Shown piece after piece: positions 30,470-32,000 of a stretch of DNA of 32,000 nucleotides. The position numbers and the translations under genes are program-made. Below the pieces are notes generated by a model. The model was not told the DNA's origin, made no database searches, and saw nothing but the letters and a program-made list of their open reading frames with translations. Source of the stretch: Candidatus Saccharimonadota bacterium (GTDB taxonomy: Bacteria; Patescibacteriota; Saccharimonadia; Saccharimonadales; Saccharimonadaceae); assembly GCF_025273655.1 (NCBI RefSeq), contig NZ_CP045921.1, forward strand, positions 930,001 through 962,000. Direction: 5' to 3'. The first letter of the stretch is position 1; every line of letters begins with the position of its first letter.

Positions 30470-31198
30470 ATGACAGACATCACCGCGCTTTCGATCGTGT
30501 GCCTCGCCGCATTGATCCATGCCAGTTTCCAGCTCAGCATCAGCACGCTCACGCTTATGAGTGGCCATGCGCTTGGTAGCGGACGCTCACACACTCGCCT
30601 CGTCAGCTTACTTGGTGGCTTCACGGCGGGCGCTGCCACCATGACGACATTGCTCATCTGTACGCTTGGTTTCTTGCTCGGCTACTTACTTAGCGGCGAA
30701 CATGTACCTCAGGTACTCTGGGCTGCAGCTTGCGGGCTGCTGTTCGGTGTTGGCGTAGCCGTGTGGCTATTCTATTATCGGCGCGGCAAAGGGACTATAC
30801 TATGGCTTCCCCGTCAGACCGCCGAATTCTTAGCCGAACGCAGTAAGAAGACGCACAATGCCGGCGAAGCGTTTGCACTCGGCCTCGCCAGTGTATTCGG
30901 CGAACTGCTGTTTATCTCGGCACCGCTGCTTGTATCTGTCCTCGTGCTCCTACCGCTATCACCCGACATGCAGCTGCTTGGTATCGTCCTCTATGTCGTC
31001 ATCTCCATGCTCTCGCTTCTCACTGTGGCGGTACTCGTGAGTGGCGGACACAAACTCAGCACTATCCAACGCTGGCGTGAAACCAACAAAACATTCCTGC
31101 AGTTTGCCGCTGGCACTGCGCTCTTCATCCTTGGTTTTTATCTCTATGTCAACGAAGTGCTCGTGACGCCCGTCATGACGAGTGGTGGCATCTCATGA
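30470..31198 (+). CDS. Six-TM membrane protein of unknown function
   Basis: ATG at 30470 (MTDITALSIVCLAALIHASF) is preferred over the TTG at 30419. The stop overlaps the next gene's ATG (ATGA). Confidence 0.6.
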   Translation: MTDITALSIVCLAALIHASFQLSISTLTLMSGHALGSGRSHTRLVSLLGGFTAGAATMTTLLICTLGFLLGYLLSGEHVPQVLWAAACGLLFGVGVAVWLFYYRRGKGTILWLPRQTAEFLAERSKKTHNAGEAFALGLASVFGELLFISAPLLVSVLVLLPLSPDMQLLGIVLYVVISMLSLLTVAVLVSGGHKLSTIQRWRETNKTFLQFAAGTALFILGFYLYVNEVLVTPVMTSGGIS

Positions 31199-31488
31199 GC
31201 GGTAGCGGTAAGGCCATCGATATCGTCAAACGTAGTGGCAAGCGCCCTACCGAAGCGTTCGACCGCGGCAAGCTCCATGCAAGCGTCAAAGCCGCCTGCC
31301 TAAGTGTGCGCGATCACGATGGCGCCGCCACCGATACTGCAGACAAGGTCTGCGATGCCGTGCTCATCTGGCTCGACATTCGTCCAGAAGTAACGAGTCA
31401 TGACATCCGTCGCGTCGCCAGCAAGCACTTGATTCGCTACCATCCAGAGGCCGCCTACATCTACGAGCATCATAGGTATACAATATAA
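31195..31488 (+). CDS. Stand-alone ATP-cone domain protein
   Basis: 97 aa. VKRSGKRPTEAFDRGKLHASVKAA...EVTSHDIRRVASKHL...AAYIYEHH fits the ATP-cone pattern found at the NrdR and class I/III RNR N-termini. Confidence 0.75.
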   Translation: MSGSGKAIDIVKRSGKRPTEAFDRGKLHASVKAACLSVRDHDGAATDTADKVCDAVLIWLDIRPEVTSHDIRRVASKHLIRYHPEAAYIYEHHRYTI

Positions 31489-31504
31489 ACAGGGGACCAC
31501 TGAT

Positions 31505-32000
31505 ATGGCCAAAAAACCAAAATTTGATTTCGATCTCATCGTCATAGGCACTGGCGCCGGCGGCAGTGCGGCCGCGACTATTGCAGCCCGCGAAGGCCTG
31601 CGCGTAGCCGTAGTGGAGGCAGATACATTCGGTGGTGACTCACCCAACTGGAGTGACGTGCCTACCAAGGCGCTTCTCCATGCCGCCCAGCTCTACGACG
31701 AGGCTCGCCACGGCGCTCGCTTCGGTCTGCGCTCGAGCGCTATGAGCTACAATTATCCTAGCATTCGTGCCTGGAAAGAACTTGCAGTGCGCCGCACCGG
31801 CGCCGGCGGCAACCGTAAGTACTATGAAAACGAAGGTATCGCCACCTTCCATGGTCAAGCACATTTCCTCTCACCCAACGAGATTAGCGTGAGCCGTCGC
31901 CACATTTCCGCCGAGCACTTCTTGGTGGCTACCGGCTCCGAGTGGACACTACCAGATATCCAGGGCCTCGACCTCGTCAATTACCTGACACCCCGCACTA
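31505..32000 (+). CDS. FAD-dependent pyridine nucleotide-disulfide oxidoreductase homologue (Lpd/MerA-like), 3'-truncated by the window, lacking the redox CxxxxC
   Basis: Translated manually; it is absent from the ORF track because no stop lies in the window. MAKKPKFDFDLIVIGTGAGGSAAATIAAREGLRVAVVE (FAD dinucleotide fold), then FGGDSPNWSDVPTKALLH where the family has GGTCLNVGCIPSKALL. Confidence 0.8.
   Translation, partial: MAKKPKFDFDLIVIGTGAGGSAAATIAAREGLRVAVVEADTFGGDSPNWSDVPTKALLHAAQLYDEARHGARFGLRSSAMSYNYPSIRAWKELAVRRTGAGGNRKYYENEGIATFHGQAHFLSPNEISVSRRHISAEHFLVATGSEWTLPDIQGLDLVNYLTPRT

Noticed and set aside
31300-31864. 122-aa and 74-aa minus-strand ORFs antisense to the ATP-cone and flavoprotein genes
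   Set aside because: They are shadow frames of genes with clear domain signatures on the plus strand.

Overview
This is a 32-kb chromosomal segment, compact and mostly coding, using the standard genetic code (TGA serves as a stop). Housekeeping genes are hrcA-grpE with a CIRCE operator, tatA-tatC, lepA, murJ, ftsH, tilS, rdgB, one tRNA(CAU), a Y-family DNA polymerase and a DnaQ-exonuclease/Cho-like fusion. Between them lie envelope, secreted and uncharacterised genes. The short versions of conserved proteins and the overall gene content fit a small-genome Patescibacteria/CPR (Saccharibacteria-like) organism, but this is inference only. I saw no rRNA, CRISPR array, transposase or integrase. 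The main observations are: (1) an orphan protein that appears to combine a phage-tail-fibre-like N-terminus, a DUF2961/GH172-like double jelly-roll and a lectin-like C-terminal module; (2) the exact 12-mer ACGCTTATGCTA occurs four times, always in 5' intergenic regions of envelope or secreted-protein genes, which suggests a shared regulatory element; (3) a recurrent extended -10 (TGCTAnnnT) often sits exactly 6 nt before the ATG, implying leaderless mRNAs; (4) a divergent ParB-like gene is followed by two unknown genes next to a small accessory ORF translationally coupled to the Y-family polymerase; (5) a fasciclin-DipZ pair beside a divergent MarR gene mirrors the mycobacterial mpt70/mpt83-dipZ neighbourhood; (6) a membrane protein, stand-alone ATP-cone and flavoprotein disulfide-reductase homologue are clustered, and the last has both redox cysteines replaced. 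Family assignments come from motifs read by eye. No database search was run.
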